Shown: positions 7,042-17,221, counted from the first letter of the stretch. The stretch: 64,000 nt of DNA from Bacteroidales bacterium (GCA_007132995.1 SLNP01000023.1:618-64617), one strand, 5' to 3'. Program-made: numbers and translations. Notes: generated from the sequence alone by a model not told the origin.

Positions 7042-7866
7042 ATGTTGATGAGAGATAGATTCATAGGGAAGGTTGTAGTTATTACAGGAGCCTCGTCAGG
7101 CATTGGAATGGCGACAGCGTATCAGTTTGCGGATCTTGGCTCCAGAGTAGTTCTTGCAGCAAGGTCAGCGGATAAGCTGCAGGCGATATGTGATGATATA
7201 TCGGCCAAAGGAGGGGAGGCTATATCCGTTGTAACTGATGTATCAAAAGAGGGTGATTGTAAAAGGCTTATCGATACTGCCATTGAGCATTTCGGATCCC
7301 TCGATATACTTGTAAATAATGCGGGTATATCAATGAGGGCATCTTTTTCAGAGGTCGATATCTCCGTTCTGCACAGGCTTATGGATGTCAATTTCTGGGG
7401 AACCGTATACTGTACAAAATATTCACTTCCCCATCTATTAGAGAGTAGAGGCTCTCTGGTAGGCGTATCGTCAGTTGCCGGGTTTCACGGACTGCCCGGC
7501 AGAACCGGTTACTCAGCATCGAAGTTTGCAATGCATGGCTTCCTGGAGACTATCAGGATAGAGAATCTGCGTACAGGTCTGCATGTTATGATAATAGCAC
7601 CCGGCTTCACAGCGACAAATGTTCGCTGCAATGCCCTTACCGCAGACGGCTCCGTTCAGGGTGAATCTCCCCGGAATGAGAACCGTATGGATACTCCCGG
7701 GCATGTTGCAAGGTGGATAGTGAAGGGGATAGTCAAGAGGAAGCGAAACAAGCTTCTAACCTGGGATGGCAGACTAACTGCGCTCTTGCAGAGGATTATC
7801 CCGGGGGTAGTCGACTGGGCCTACTATCGTGAAATGGCGAAAGAGAAAGACTCGCCTTTAAAGTAG
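7042..7866 (+). CDS. SDR family oxidoreductase (short-chain dehydrogenase/reductase)
   Basis: Cofactor motif TGASSGIG, NNAG, catalytic YSASK. The ORF-track start 7024 is TTG; first in-frame ATG is 7042. Confidence 0.88.
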   Translation: MLMRDRFIGKVVVITGASSGIGMATAYQFADLGSRVVLAARSADKLQAICDDISAKGGEAISVVTDVSKEGDCKRLIDTAIEHFGSLDILVNNAGISMRASFSEVDISVLHRLMDVNFWGTVYCTKYSLPHLLESRGSLVGVSSVAGFHGLPGRTGYSASKFAMHGFLETIRIENLRTGLHVMIIAPGFTATNVRCNALTADGSVQGESPRNENRMDTPGHVARWIVKGIVKRKRNKLLTWDGRLTALLQRIIPGVVDWAYYREMAKEKDSPLK

Positions 7867-7962
7867 CCCCCATGCTGTTTAGCGAAAAAAAACTGCATGA
7901 TATGCCATTTTTAGTATAGATTATAGCTATTTTTACATTAGGAAATCATTAACCGTTTTATC

Positions 7963-9039
7963 ATGAAACGACTGTACAGAAAAGCAAAAAGGGCACTGCT
8001 CGTAGCGGTTGCTGTGATATCTCTATTGCCACAGGGCCTTAACGGGCAGATAGATGGCGAATTTTTCAGGGGTGGTATCAATGATGGAGTAAAAATAATA
8101 GAGGCATACATGGCGCCGTGGGCCAGGGCGTTTGGAGCCGGCCTTAATTCCGGCTGGTACAATACCGCCAAGCCTCACAGTTTTGGCGGATTTGATATTA
8201 CTCTTACCGTTAGTGCAGGTCTGGTTCCTGAGAGTCACCAGAGCTATGATCTTGCAGAGCTGGATTTTCAAAACATCTCGCTGGAGAATCCGATGGCGCC
8301 TACCATTGCCCCGACTATCTCCGGATCGACCAATATGGGGCCCGCTATGGAGAGTATCGATCCGAATAGTGGTTTACAGCTTGCAAATTTTTATGCCCCT
8401 GCCGGCACAGGATTAAATTTTGTTCCGGTTCCCATGATCCAGGGTGGGTTGGGGCTTCCGCTTGGAACTGAGATAAAGGGAAGGTTTATACCCAAAATAG
8501 CGATGGATGATAGCTATATATCGATGTGGGGTTTTGGTCTTAAGCATAGCATTGCACAGTATATACCGGGATATGAGTTTCTTCCCTATGACATCTCCCT
8601 GTTTGGTGCATACTCCAAAATAGAGGGCAAGGTCCCTTTCGACGCCAAACCAGGGTCGTATGATAACTACACTGTCTACACAGCCGACAGTTTTAGCGAT
8701 CAGCACATGCTGGGGGTAATAGACGGCTGGAATGCCAGCGTAATTGGTTCACTTAACCTGCCGGTGGTGACACTGTACGGTGCTCTTGGTTATGCCGGAA
8801 GCAGTACGGTTCTTGACATTGTCGGTAACATCCCTATTCCTTCGGTATCGGGGTCGACTGTGGTCTATGTAGATGATGAAGTAGTTACAGATATCGATAA
8901 GGTGGAGATTCAGGATTTCTCGGGTCTGCGAGCCAATGTGGGAGTTAGGCTCAAGTTTGCAATATTCACCATCCATGCAGACTATACACGCTCGCAATAC
9001 AATGTTATTTCAGGAGGCTTTGGTATCAGCTTCAGGTAG
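7963..9039 (+). CDS. Hypothetical outer-membrane beta-barrel protein
   Basis: Signal peptide (LLVAVAVISLLPQGLNGQ). Amphipathic beta-strand pattern. C-terminal ...GGFGISFR typical of outer-membrane barrels. No catalytic motif recognised. Confidence 0.5.
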   Translation: MKRLYRKAKRALLVAVAVISLLPQGLNGQIDGEFFRGGINDGVKIIEAYMAPWARAFGAGLNSGWYNTAKPHSFGGFDITLTVSAGLVPESHQSYDLAELDFQNISLENPMAPTIAPTISGSTNMGPAMESIDPNSGLQLANFYAPAGTGLNFVPVPMIQGGLGLPLGTEIKGRFIPKIAMDDSYISMWGFGLKHSIAQYIPGYEFLPYDISLFGAYSKIEGKVPFDAKPGSYDNYTVYTADSFSDQHMLGVIDGWNASVIGSLNLPVVTLYGALGYAGSSTVLDIVGNIPIPSVSGSTVVYVDDEVVTDIDKVEIQDFSGLRANVGVRLKFAIFTIHADYTRSQYNVISGGFGISFR

Positions 9040-9071
9040 CCGGAGTGTAGTCTGGCCGTTGCAGTTATGGG

Positions 9072-10712
9072 TCAGAAGCCACTAAGCTCCATGGTAACAG
9101 TTGGTATAAGAAGTAGTGCCCCCAGCAGGGCCAGCAGAAGAACAAGCGGCCCCACCCACTTAACCCATTTCTGAAATGGAATGCGGGCCACGCCCAAAAC
9201 TCCAATCAATACACCCGATGTAGGTGTTATTATGTTTGTGAATCCATCACCAAACTGAAAAGCCATTACCGTAGCCTGTCGTGAAACTCCGATAAGGTCG
9301 CTGAAGGGTGCCATTATTGGCATTGTCAGAGCAGCCTTGGCCGACCCCGATGGTATAACCACATTTATAGCAGTCTGTATCAGGTACATGATCTGTACAG
9401 ATGCGATATCACCTACATCGCTCATTGCCGAAGAGGCTCCGTGCAGAATGGTTGCGACTATCTGACCATCTTCCAGTATCACTATGATTCCACCTGCCAG
9501 CCCTACAACGAGGGCGGCAGGCAGGATATCTGCCGATCCCTCTATAAAGAGTCTGGTAATTCTGTTTGGCGAGTAGCCCATTGCCAGTCCGGCCATTATA
9601 CCCATGGCAAAGAAGAGGGTTGCAATCTCCATGATATACCATCCGTAACCCATAACACCAATTATCAGAATCACTATTGTGTAGAGAAGTATATTGAGCA
9701 CAAACATCTGGGCAGATCTCTTCATAGAGATTAATCCGGTAACAAGAAAGAGTAGTGAGATGATTGGCAGCATTGGTAGTGTCACTGATGAACCGGAGCC
9801 GGAGACAGGATCTCCAAACTGTAATGTTGAGACAGGATTAAGGATAGAGAAGAGCACCAGCGAGGCAAGTATCAGGGCAAATGCGGTTACCGAACCCTTT
9901 CCTGACAGGCTTGTTACGGAGCTGCCACTATCGGCCGATCGACCCCTCCAGTATTCATCTTCAACATAGACAGGCGAGAGTGAGGGGTTTTTTCTTATTC
10001 TGGATGCATAGCGAAGAATATAGGATATTCCGACAATATTGATAATGATCCAACAGAAGAACCTGTATTCAAGTCCGCTAAAGAGCGGAATTCCGGCAAT
10101 TCCCTGGGCAATTCCGATGGTAAAGGGGTTTAGCATTGCCCCGGCGAAGCCGAGAGCTGCAGCAACAAAGCAGAGCGCCACTCCGGTTATTGAGTCGTAG
10201 CCCATTGAAATGGCCAGGGGTACCAAAATAATAATGAATGCGATTGTCTCCTCGCTCATACCGAATACGGCCCCGAATACACTGAATAGCAGCATAATGA
10301 GTGTGAGAATAATATTCTGTACACCAATAAACCGCATAATCCTTATCTTTTCGAGGGTTCTGGAGAAGCCCAGGAAAGAGAGAATGCCATTATCAATTGC
10401 CTTACTGCTGTTGAGTATCCAGAACGCACCCCCAATCATAAGGATAAATACGATAATACCCGACTGCCTTACGAATCCGTTGAAGATTGCGGAGAATACC
10501 TGCCAGGTCTGCGGATTGCTCTCGGTCCGCCTGTAGACCGGAACAATGCTCTTTTCGACATCCTCCTGTATAACTTCAGTCAAACCCTTATAACTATCTA
10601 TATCTTCGGGCGTTATGTATTCACCTCCTGGAATAAACCATGTCAGTATGGCTGAGATTATAATTATGCCGAAGATAATTACATAGGTGTGGGGAAATCT
10701 CTCTCTTTTCAT
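9072..10712 (-). CDS. YfcC/DcuC-superfamily anaerobic carrier-type permease
   Basis: Polytopic membrane protein. N-terminus MKRERFPHTYVIIFGIIIISAILTWFIPGGEY and overall layout resemble YfcC-family transporters. ATG at 10712 is preferred over the ORF-track start, which is 37 codons longer. Confidence 0.6.
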   Translation of the reverse strand: MKRERFPHTYVIIFGIIIISAILTWFIPGGEYITPEDIDSYKGLTEVIQEDVEKSIVPVYRRTESNPQTWQVFSAIFNGFVRQSGIIVFILMIGGAFWILNSSKAIDNGILSFLGFSRTLEKIRIMRFIGVQNIILTLIMLLFSVFGAVFGMSEETIAFIIILVPLAISMGYDSITGVALCFVAAALGFAGAMLNPFTIGIAQGIAGIPLFSGLEYRFFCWIIINIVGISYILRYASRIRKNPSLSPVYVEDEYWRGRSADSGSSVTSLSGKGSVTAFALILASLVLFSILNPVSTLQFGDPVSGSGSSVTLPMLPIISLLFLVTGLISMKRSAQMFVLNILLYTIVILIIGVMGYGWYIMEIATLFFAMGIMAGLAMGYSPNRITRLFIEGSADILPAALVVGLAGGIIVILEDGQIVATILHGASSAMSDVGDIASVQIMYLIQTAINVVIPSGSAKAALTMPIMAPFSDLIGVSRQATVMAFQFGDGFTNIITPTSGVLIGVLGVARIPFQKWVKWVGPLVLLLALLGALLLIPTVTMELSGF

Positions 10713-10785
10713 ATACCGGCAGGGTTTAAATATCAGTTTATAAAAATAGGAAAAGCGTTTGATAATTATCTCTATTTTTGAGTTG

Positions 10786-12999
10786 ATGAAGAGAGAAGAT
10801 TCTACCGATACCAGAAGTGCCATAAACAGGAGCTACAGATCTCTTCTCCGTGCCTCGGCCCGATTTCTTTCCAGGGGTGACAGCAGGGAGATCAGAAGGG
10901 CATTGAATATGGCTATTGATGCCTGTGCAGGTGGTGTAACAGTTACAGGCACCAACTGCATACTTCATTCGCTCTCTGTGGCCAGGATAGTGGCAGCCGA
11001 CATGGGCCTTGGCAGAACCTCAGTGATATCAGCGATACTGCACTATGGGGTTGAGAACAACCGGATACCCATATCTGCCATAGAGACGGAGTTTGGTCAG
11101 GGTGTTTCAAGAATTCTAAGTGGCTTCAGCAGGGTAAGTGCTGTTGAGACAATAGATTCGGTTAATCAGGCAGCCACTTTCAGGAAACTTATACTATCTC
11201 TTGCAGACGATGTGAGGGTGGTGGTTATCAAGTTGGCAGAGAGGCTTGTATATATGCGGGATCTTGAGGGGGCAGACGAGGAGAACAGGTTGCGTCTTGC
11301 ATCAGAAACCTATTTTGTATACGCCCCCCTTGCCTACAGGCTGGGCTTCTACCTGATGAAGTCAGAGATGGAAGATCTCTCGATGAGGTACCTTGAACCG
11401 GAGCAGTATAGCTATATTGTTGAGAAGCTGAGACAGACAACCTCATCCAGAAATCGGCTTATAAGAGAGTTTATAGCCCCTCTGCGCGAGAAACTGGATG
11501 CAGCAGGGTTGAGCTACTCGGTAAAGGGCAGAACGAAGTCCGTGCACTCCATATGGCAGAAAATGAAGAAACAGGGGGTGGAATTTGAAGAGGTTTATGA
11601 TCTCTTTGCCATTCGTATTATAGTTGATACCCTTCCGGAGAGGGAGAAGTATGACTGCTGGCAGGTCTACTCTCTGGTTACCGATCTGTATCAGCCCAAT
11701 CCAAGCCGTCTTCGTGACTGGATATCTGTTCCGAAATCTAATGGATATGAGTCGCTTCATACTACAGTGGTTGGTCCCCGGGGAAAATGGGTCGAGGTTC
11801 AGATAAGGACTGAGAGAATGGATGAACTTGCAGAGAGGGGGGTTGCAGCCCATTTCCGTTATAAAGGACTTAAGGGAGAAAAGAGGGGGCTTGAGGTGTG
11901 GCTTTCCCGCATGAGGGAGCTGCTGGAAAAGCCGGACAGGGAGGAGGAGGCGTTTGTAGATCAGGTTAAGTCAGGGCTCTATTCGGACGAGGTGTTTGTT
12001 TTTACCCCCAGGGGTGATATCAAGCAGCTTCCTGCCGGCTCTACGGTTCTCGACTTTGCATATGAGATTCATACAGAGGTGGGTAGTGGCTGTGTGGGCG
12101 CCAGGGTGAATGGCAAGAATGTTACCATAAAGCAGATACTGAAAAACGGAGACCATGTCTCTGTTATAAGATCAAAAAACCAGAAACCCAAAAGTGACTG
12201 GCTCTCTTTTGTGAAGACCGGTAAGGCCCGGGCTGCTATCAAGAGTGCACTTAACGAAGCGAAGATGGCTGAGGCTGTTGAAGGCAAGGAGATGCTTATG
12301 AGACGGCTGAAAAACTGGAAAATAGGCTACTCTGACAAGGTTGTAATGCGCCTGCTTGGGCACTATGGGTTAAAAAAGGCACAGGATCTATACTGTAAGA
12401 TAGCCTCTTCAGACATAGAGATGCTCGATATAAAGGAGTTCTTAAAAACTGAGCCATCTCATGATGCATCTGTGGCAGGAGAGGAGACGGCAGAGATACA
12501 GATTCAGGAGACAGAGAGCGGGAAGAGGGCCACTCAGGGTGATTACCTTGTGATAGAGAATAAGATAGAGGGGGTCGATTACAGACTGTCCGGTTGCTGC
12601 AACCCGGTTTACGGTGACAAGGTATTTGGGTTTGTAACCATATCAGAAGGTATCAAGATACACAGAACAGTCTGTCCCAATGCAGAAAATATGATTACAA
12701 GGTATCCTTACAGGGTTGTGCCTGCCCGGTGGACACAGTCCGGCAGCGCACCTTCATTCAGCGCCACACTTAAGTTTACATCTGTTGAGGATATGGCTGT
12801 TATTTCGAAAATATCCTCGGTTCTTGCCGATACTTTAGTTAATGTAAGGGGTATAAGCCATAGTGCCGGTGACGGACTCTATGAGGGGACTATATATTTT
12901 ACCGTACCCAATGTTGATATACTGCAGGAGTTGATACGCAAGATATCTGCTGTCAGGGGGGTTTTAAGGGTTGTAAGGGCAGGGGACAGTAGTGGCTAG
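10786..12999 (+). CDS. relA: RelA/SpoT-homolog (p)ppGpp synthetase with degenerate hydrolase (HD) domain
   Basis: Synthetase core RTKSVHSIWQKM...YDLFAIRIIV...SNGYESLHTTV...EVQIRTERMDELAERGVAAHFRYK. TGS domain (VFVFTPRGDIKQLPAGSTVLDFAY). C-terminal ACT-like domain. The HD motifs are replaced (HS, HYGVENN, ERLVYM). Confidence 0.88.
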   Translation: MKREDSTDTRSAINRSYRSLLRASARFLSRGDSREIRRALNMAIDACAGGVTVTGTNCILHSLSVARIVAADMGLGRTSVISAILHYGVENNRIPISAIETEFGQGVSRILSGFSRVSAVETIDSVNQAATFRKLILSLADDVRVVVIKLAERLVYMRDLEGADEENRLRLASETYFVYAPLAYRLGFYLMKSEMEDLSMRYLEPEQYSYIVEKLRQTTSSRNRLIREFIAPLREKLDAAGLSYSVKGRTKSVHSIWQKMKKQGVEFEEVYDLFAIRIIVDTLPEREKYDCWQVYSLVTDLYQPNPSRLRDWISVPKSNGYESLHTTVVGPRGKWVEVQIRTERMDELAERGVAAHFRYKGLKGEKRGLEVWLSRMRELLEKPDREEEAFVDQVKSGLYSDEVFVFTPRGDIKQLPAGSTVLDFAYEIHTEVGSGCVGARVNGKNVTIKQILKNGDHVSVIRSKNQKPKSDWLSFVKTGKARAAIKSALNEAKMAEAVEGKEMLMRRLKNWKIGYSDKVVMRLLGHYGLKKAQDLYCKIASSDIEMLDIKEFLKTEPSHDASVAGEETAEIQIQETESGKRATQGDYLVIENKIEGVDYRLSGCCNPVYGDKVFGFVTISEGIKIHRTVCPNAENMITRYPYRVVPARWTQSGSAPSFSATLKFTSVEDMAVISKISSVLADTLVNVRGISHSAGDGLYEGTIYFTVPNVDILQELIRKISAVRGVLRVVRAGDSSG

Positions 13000-15944
13000 C
13001 TAACTGCAGGTCGCTTTTTGAGAGGCAGCCTTACAGCTTTTTCCACTACCATTGAAAGGTGCCCGAACTCTCTTCTTGTTGTGCCGGATAGGCTATATAC
13101 ACCTCCGGCACCGACAGGATATTTTTTTAGTGAGGAAGAGAAATGGAGGGTGTCGAAATAGCCTCCGCTGCTATTTATAAAACACCCGAAGCAGAGCGGC
13201 TCTCCCCGTACATTTCTTATCCTTTTCACTGATATCAGAAGGCCTGTTGCGGTTACCCTGTTGTTGTTATGCCCTGCCGGTACGGTGCCATACCAATCTT
13301 CGTGGTCAGTACGCTCAGTAAGGTCAAACCAGCTGGCCGACACAGGAAACCCCAGTAGCTCTATCTCATCATAGGCATCTTCAATTCTGCTTCCCCTGAG
13401 CGTAGGGATAGCATCGTGCACACCTGCATCTTCCCTGAATAGCATGGGTGAGAGGCCTCCGGTCCGCCTCCCTTTTTTTATGACTCTTGCCGCTATATGA
13501 GCCTCCCACAGCAGATTTGCCTTGCTCTTACCCGTGAAGCGGAATGCTCCCGATCGTATAAGGATTATAGCCTGATCAAGCCCGGCGTCGCATCTCTCCA
13601 TAAAATCTGTAAGATTGCCGAACCAGCCACCTCTCTCTCTCTCTCTCTCTATTTCAGAGACCATTTTTTTCTCTATGCCTGATATATGAATAAACCCAAT
13701 GTATATATCGCTCTTGTTCAGGAGCACTGTATTGAGACAACTTTTGTTTATGCATGGCAGATGGATAGTGCCCCCCTGGCGCCTGGCTTCGTGGAAGTAG
13801 ACCCACGCAGGGTAGAAACCTCCGGAGTTGTTTATAACAGCAACCATGAACTCAAGGGGGTAGTGCGATTTGAGGTAAAGCCCCTGAAGGCTTTCTACTG
13901 CATATGATGCCGAATGCGCTTTTGAGAACGAGTATCCCGCAAACGACTCTATCTGTCTCCACACCTCTTTTGCAAGGCGGTTACTGTATCCTCTCTCCCT
14001 GCAGCCGGAGAAGAATCTCTCTGATATTCCTGCTATCTCCTCTTTAGAGTGTTTTTTACCGCTCATAGCCCTTCTGAGAGTGTCTCCGTCTGCCATGCCG
14101 AGTCCTGCAAAATAGTGACATACCCTTAACACATCTTCCTGGTAAACCATTATACCGAAGGTGTCTTTAAGCTGCTCTTTTATTACCGGATGTGGATATG
14201 AGACCTTGTCAGGGTTGTTGTGTCGTCTTATATATTCACGCATCATACCGGACCGCGAAACACCGGGACGGATTATTGAGCTTGCCGCTACAAGGGTGTG
14301 GTAGTCTGAGCATTTCAGTTTTGAGAGCAGTGACCTCATGGCGGGACTCTCAATGTAGAAGCAGCCTATTGTCTCTCCTCTGCTTAGCCGCTCCATCACC
14401 AGGCTGTTTTCCCTTATCATGGTGTCACTCTCTATGGCGGGTCTCACTCCATATCTTTCCCCAATAGATGACAGGGCGTCATTTATGTCTGCTATACCCC
14501 TCTGGCTTAATACATCAAGCTTATCGTAACCAAGCTTTTCAGCGGTATACATATCCCATTGTGTAACTCCAAATCCACCGGATGAGACATCCAGGGCCGT
14601 GTAGTATGTAAGCGGCCTTTCAGAGATAACTACTCCCCCGGCATGAATGCTTCTTATGTTTGGGAAAGCATCTATTTTCGAGCTTGCCAGTAGTATTTCA
14701 CGGGTTATGCTGCATGGAGATTCCGACTCACGGGCAAGAGCTGTCACCTCCTGCCCGGGAAGCCCGTGTGTCCTGCTCAACTCCCTTATTGCAGAGCCGG
14801 CTCTAAACCGGTTTATGGTGCCAAGAAGGGCGGTTTTATCATCACCATATTTGCTGAACAGATATTTTATGACCTCCTCTCTATCTCTCCACGAGTAATC
14901 GATGTCAAAGTCAGGAGGCGAACTTCTGGAGGGGTTGATAAATCTTTCGAAGTAAAGGTTGAGGTTTATAGGGTCAACATTAGTGATTCCCAGACAGTAG
15001 GCAACTATGGAGTTTGCGCCGCTACCCCTTCCGACATGGTGGAACCCTTTCGAAGTGGAGAATCTTATCATATCCCATGTTATCAGGAAGTATGATGAGA
15101 ATCCCAGCTTGTCTATTATTTGAAGCTCTGACCTTACCCTTGAAGCGGCCCTTTCGTCTTTTCCGTAGCGATGTAAAAGTCCTTCCCATGCCAGCTTCTC
15201 CAGAAGTAGCCTGTCTTCGTATTTTCCACCTGAGTAGCTCTCCCTGTTTTTGGGTTTACCGGCTTCAAGGTCTGCAGTGCAGTCGTCAATCAGACGCCGT
15301 GTGTTATCTGCTATTTCAGGGAAGTCTGAAAAGCGTCTGGCCAGCTCTCTCTCTGGTATAAAGATATGACTCTTTCCGGCACATGACTCGATGGAAATCC
15401 TGTCGGACAGGCAGTTGTTGTCTATTGCCCTCAGTTGTTTATGAACAGGAAGATCGTTTGGTTCTGCCAGGGTTACGGTATGTAATATTACCATTCGTCT
15501 GTAAATATTGTCTGACTTAAGGCGGTGTATCTTCCATGTTTCATGGCAGCTTACCCCTATGAACTCATTGTCAAAAAGTCTCCGTTCCGGTATGCGGTCC
15601 ATGCGATATATGATGTAGCATTCTGAAAGAGGGGGGGCAGGGAAGGGGAGTGGAACATTTCCCCTGTTGTGTCTGGTAAGCAGTTCGTTTAACTCCCTGA
15701 AACCCTCACTGTTTCGTGCTATTCCAATATAGAGGGGCGCGTTGTTGTTGCGAAAATCTACTCCGGCAACCGGCCTGATGCCCGCTCTTCTGCATTCAGA
15801 AATAAAATCGGCTGTCGCTGTCGTGTTGTTTATATCTGTAAGAGCCAACGATGCGGCTCCGGACTCTCTGGCCATGGCAACAAGTCTCTCTACGGATATT
15901 GTTCCGTATCGCAGGCTGTAGTATGAGTGACAGTTAAGGAACAT
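12996..15944 (-). CDS. dnaE2: Error-prone DNA polymerase III alpha-like, DnaE2/ImuC type
   Basis: N-terminal degenerate PHP MFLNCHSYYSLRYG (a single His instead of HxH, as in DnaE2). Polymerase catalytic PDFDIDY. GRGSGANSIV, FSKAHSASYA. 982 aa, 5-nt gap after the upstream Y-family polymerase gene. Confidence 0.85.
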   Translation of the reverse strand: MFLNCHSYYSLRYGTISVERLVAMARESGAASLALTDINNTTATADFISECRRAGIRPVAGVDFRNNNAPLYIGIARNSEGFRELNELLTRHNRGNVPLPFPAPPLSECYIIYRMDRIPERRLFDNEFIGVSCHETWKIHRLKSDNIYRRMVILHTVTLAEPNDLPVHKQLRAIDNNCLSDRISIESCAGKSHIFIPERELARRFSDFPEIADNTRRLIDDCTADLEAGKPKNRESYSGGKYEDRLLLEKLAWEGLLHRYGKDERAASRVRSELQIIDKLGFSSYFLITWDMIRFSTSKGFHHVGRGSGANSIVAYCLGITNVDPINLNLYFERFINPSRSSPPDFDIDYSWRDREEVIKYLFSKYGDDKTALLGTINRFRAGSAIRELSRTHGLPGQEVTALARESESPCSITREILLASSKIDAFPNIRSIHAGGVVISERPLTYYTALDVSSGGFGVTQWDMYTAEKLGYDKLDVLSQRGIADINDALSSIGERYGVRPAIESDTMIRENSLVMERLSRGETIGCFYIESPAMRSLLSKLKCSDYHTLVAASSIIRPGVSRSGMMREYIRRHNNPDKVSYPHPVIKEQLKDTFGIMVYQEDVLRVCHYFAGLGMADGDTLRRAMSGKKHSKEEIAGISERFFSGCRERGYSNRLAKEVWRQIESFAGYSFSKAHSASYAVESLQGLYLKSHYPLEFMVAVINNSGGFYPAWVYFHEARRQGGTIHLPCINKSCLNTVLLNKSDIYIGFIHISGIEKKMVSEIERERERGGWFGNLTDFMERCDAGLDQAIILIRSGAFRFTGKSKANLLWEAHIAARVIKKGRRTGGLSPMLFREDAGVHDAIPTLRGSRIEDAYDEIELLGFPVSASWFDLTERTDHEDWYGTVPAGHNNNRVTATGLLISVKRIRNVRGEPLCFGCFINSSGGYFDTLHFSSSLKKYPVGAGGVYSLSGTTRREFGHLSMVVEKAVRLPLKKRPAVS
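13631..13650. repeat. (CT)10 dinucleotide microsatellite inside dnaE2
   Basis: Perfect ctctctctctctctctctct. On the coding strand (AG)10 encodes EIERERERGG. Confidence 0.95.
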
Positions 15945-15949
15945 CTCTC

Positions 15950-17182
15950 TTATCTGGACGCAGGGTGCTCTCCTTTTCTACAGCTTAATGTATCTGCCCT
16001 GCCGATTATCTCTTCCCCGAATCGTTTTTTGATATTGTCGATAGAGAGGTAGAGCCTCTCCATTCCGGTCTCGTTGTTGAAAAGATCGGGTTGCAACGGT
16101 TCCCGGCTTAGACCGCTGAGTTTTACACCGGCAAGCCGTATCAGCACCCTTCGCTTGTATAGCTTGTTAAAGAGCTCTTTTACAACTGTTAGTATCTTGT
16201 GATCTAAAGCAGTAGGTTTGATTTTCTTCTGTATGGTGTGGGTCTCGTAGTCTGAATACCTTATCTTTACTGTTATACAGGATGTATTTCTGCCCTCTGC
16301 TCTTAGCTGATGGGATAGTCTCTCTGTCATATCTGACAGAAGGGCGGTAATTGCGGTAATGTCAGAGCTGTCTCTCTGCAGGGTCCTTTCGCTGCTGACA
16401 GATTTTTTCGATGAGCAGCCGGTAACGGGAGAGTCATCAATCCCGTTTGCCCTTCTCCATATCTCTATGCCGTTTTTGCCAATAAGTCCTGTCAGAACCG
16501 AAGGCGGAATCTGCCTAAGGGTTGCTATTATTGAGACCCCCATCGATGAGAGGATTCTGCCGGTCTTGCTGCCTACCATCGGTATTCTGGTAACCGCAAG
16601 CGGATCGAGGAAGGGTGTTACCATCTTATTGTCGATACTTCTTATACCGTCCGGCTTTGCCTCTCCTGCTGCGATTTTTGAGACAGTTTTGTTTATTGAA
16701 AGCCCTGCAGAGAGGGGTAGCCCCGTTTCAGATGATATATAACGCCTCAGCTCTTCAGACCATTTTCTGCAGCCATAGAACCTCTCCATGCCGGTCAGGT
16801 CTATATAGTACTCATCTATCGATCTCTTTTCATATACCGGTGCTCTTTCAGCAATAATATCGGTAACAACAGATGAGTACCTGTTATACAGGTCTATATC
16901 ACCTCTTATTAATGTGGCCTCGGGGCATAGCCGGAGAGCCATTTTAACAGGCATTGCCGAGTGAACTCCGTACATCCTGGCCTCATAGCTGCAGCTGGAT
17001 ACCACCCCCCGGTCAGATGTACCGCCTATTATTACCGGCTTGCCCTTAAGGCGGCTGTCAGCAACTCTTTCGACAGAGACAAAAAAGGTGTCCATATCAA
17101 GGTGTAGCACGGCCCTTTTATCACCCTTGTGCGGCAGCGGATAATATTTGTTGTAGCTGTTTTTGAGTTCAGAGTTTGACAT
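15950..17182 (-). CDS. dinB: Y-family DNA polymerase (DinB/Pol IV-like) in the ImuB position
   Basis: LHLDMDTFFVSVE (catalytic Asp plus FF steric gate). SIDEYYIDLT (catalytic Asp-Glu). SAGLSINKTVSKIAAGEAKPDG. C-terminal QPDLF clamp-binding-like motif. Confidence 0.85.
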   Translation of the reverse strand: MSNSELKNSYNKYYPLPHKGDKRAVLHLDMDTFFVSVERVADSRLKGKPVIIGGTSDRGVVSSCSYEARMYGVHSAMPVKMALRLCPEATLIRGDIDLYNRYSSVVTDIIAERAPVYEKRSIDEYYIDLTGMERFYGCRKWSEELRRYISSETGLPLSAGLSINKTVSKIAAGEAKPDGIRSIDNKMVTPFLDPLAVTRIPMVGSKTGRILSSMGVSIIATLRQIPPSVLTGLIGKNGIEIWRRANGIDDSPVTGCSSKKSVSSERTLQRDSSDITAITALLSDMTERLSHQLRAEGRNTSCITVKIRYSDYETHTIQKKIKPTALDHKILTVVKELFNKLYKRRVLIRLAGVKLSGLSREPLQPDLFNNETGMERLYLSIDNIKKRFGEEIIGRADTLSCRKGEHPASR

Positions 17183-17202
17183 ATACTCTTTTAATACTAT
17201 CT

Positions 17203-17221
17203 TTGACTAGAAATTAATCAA
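17203..17221. promoter_or_regulatory. Imperfect palindrome TTGACTAG-AAA-TTAATCAA in the divergent promoter region (candidate repressor operator)
   Basis: Half-sites TTGAYTA match at 6 of 8 positions. A third half-site (TTGATTA on the minus strand) lies at 17238-17244. The whole 69-bp region separates dinB-dnaE2 from the XRE-S24 gene. Confidence 0.25.

Noticed and set aside
10773-10780. TATTTTTG as the relA -7 promoter box
   Set aside because: It ends only 5 nt before the ATG at 10786, which would require a leaderless transcript. The N-terminal sequence from 10786 matches RSH N-termini, so the start stays and the box is left uncalled.
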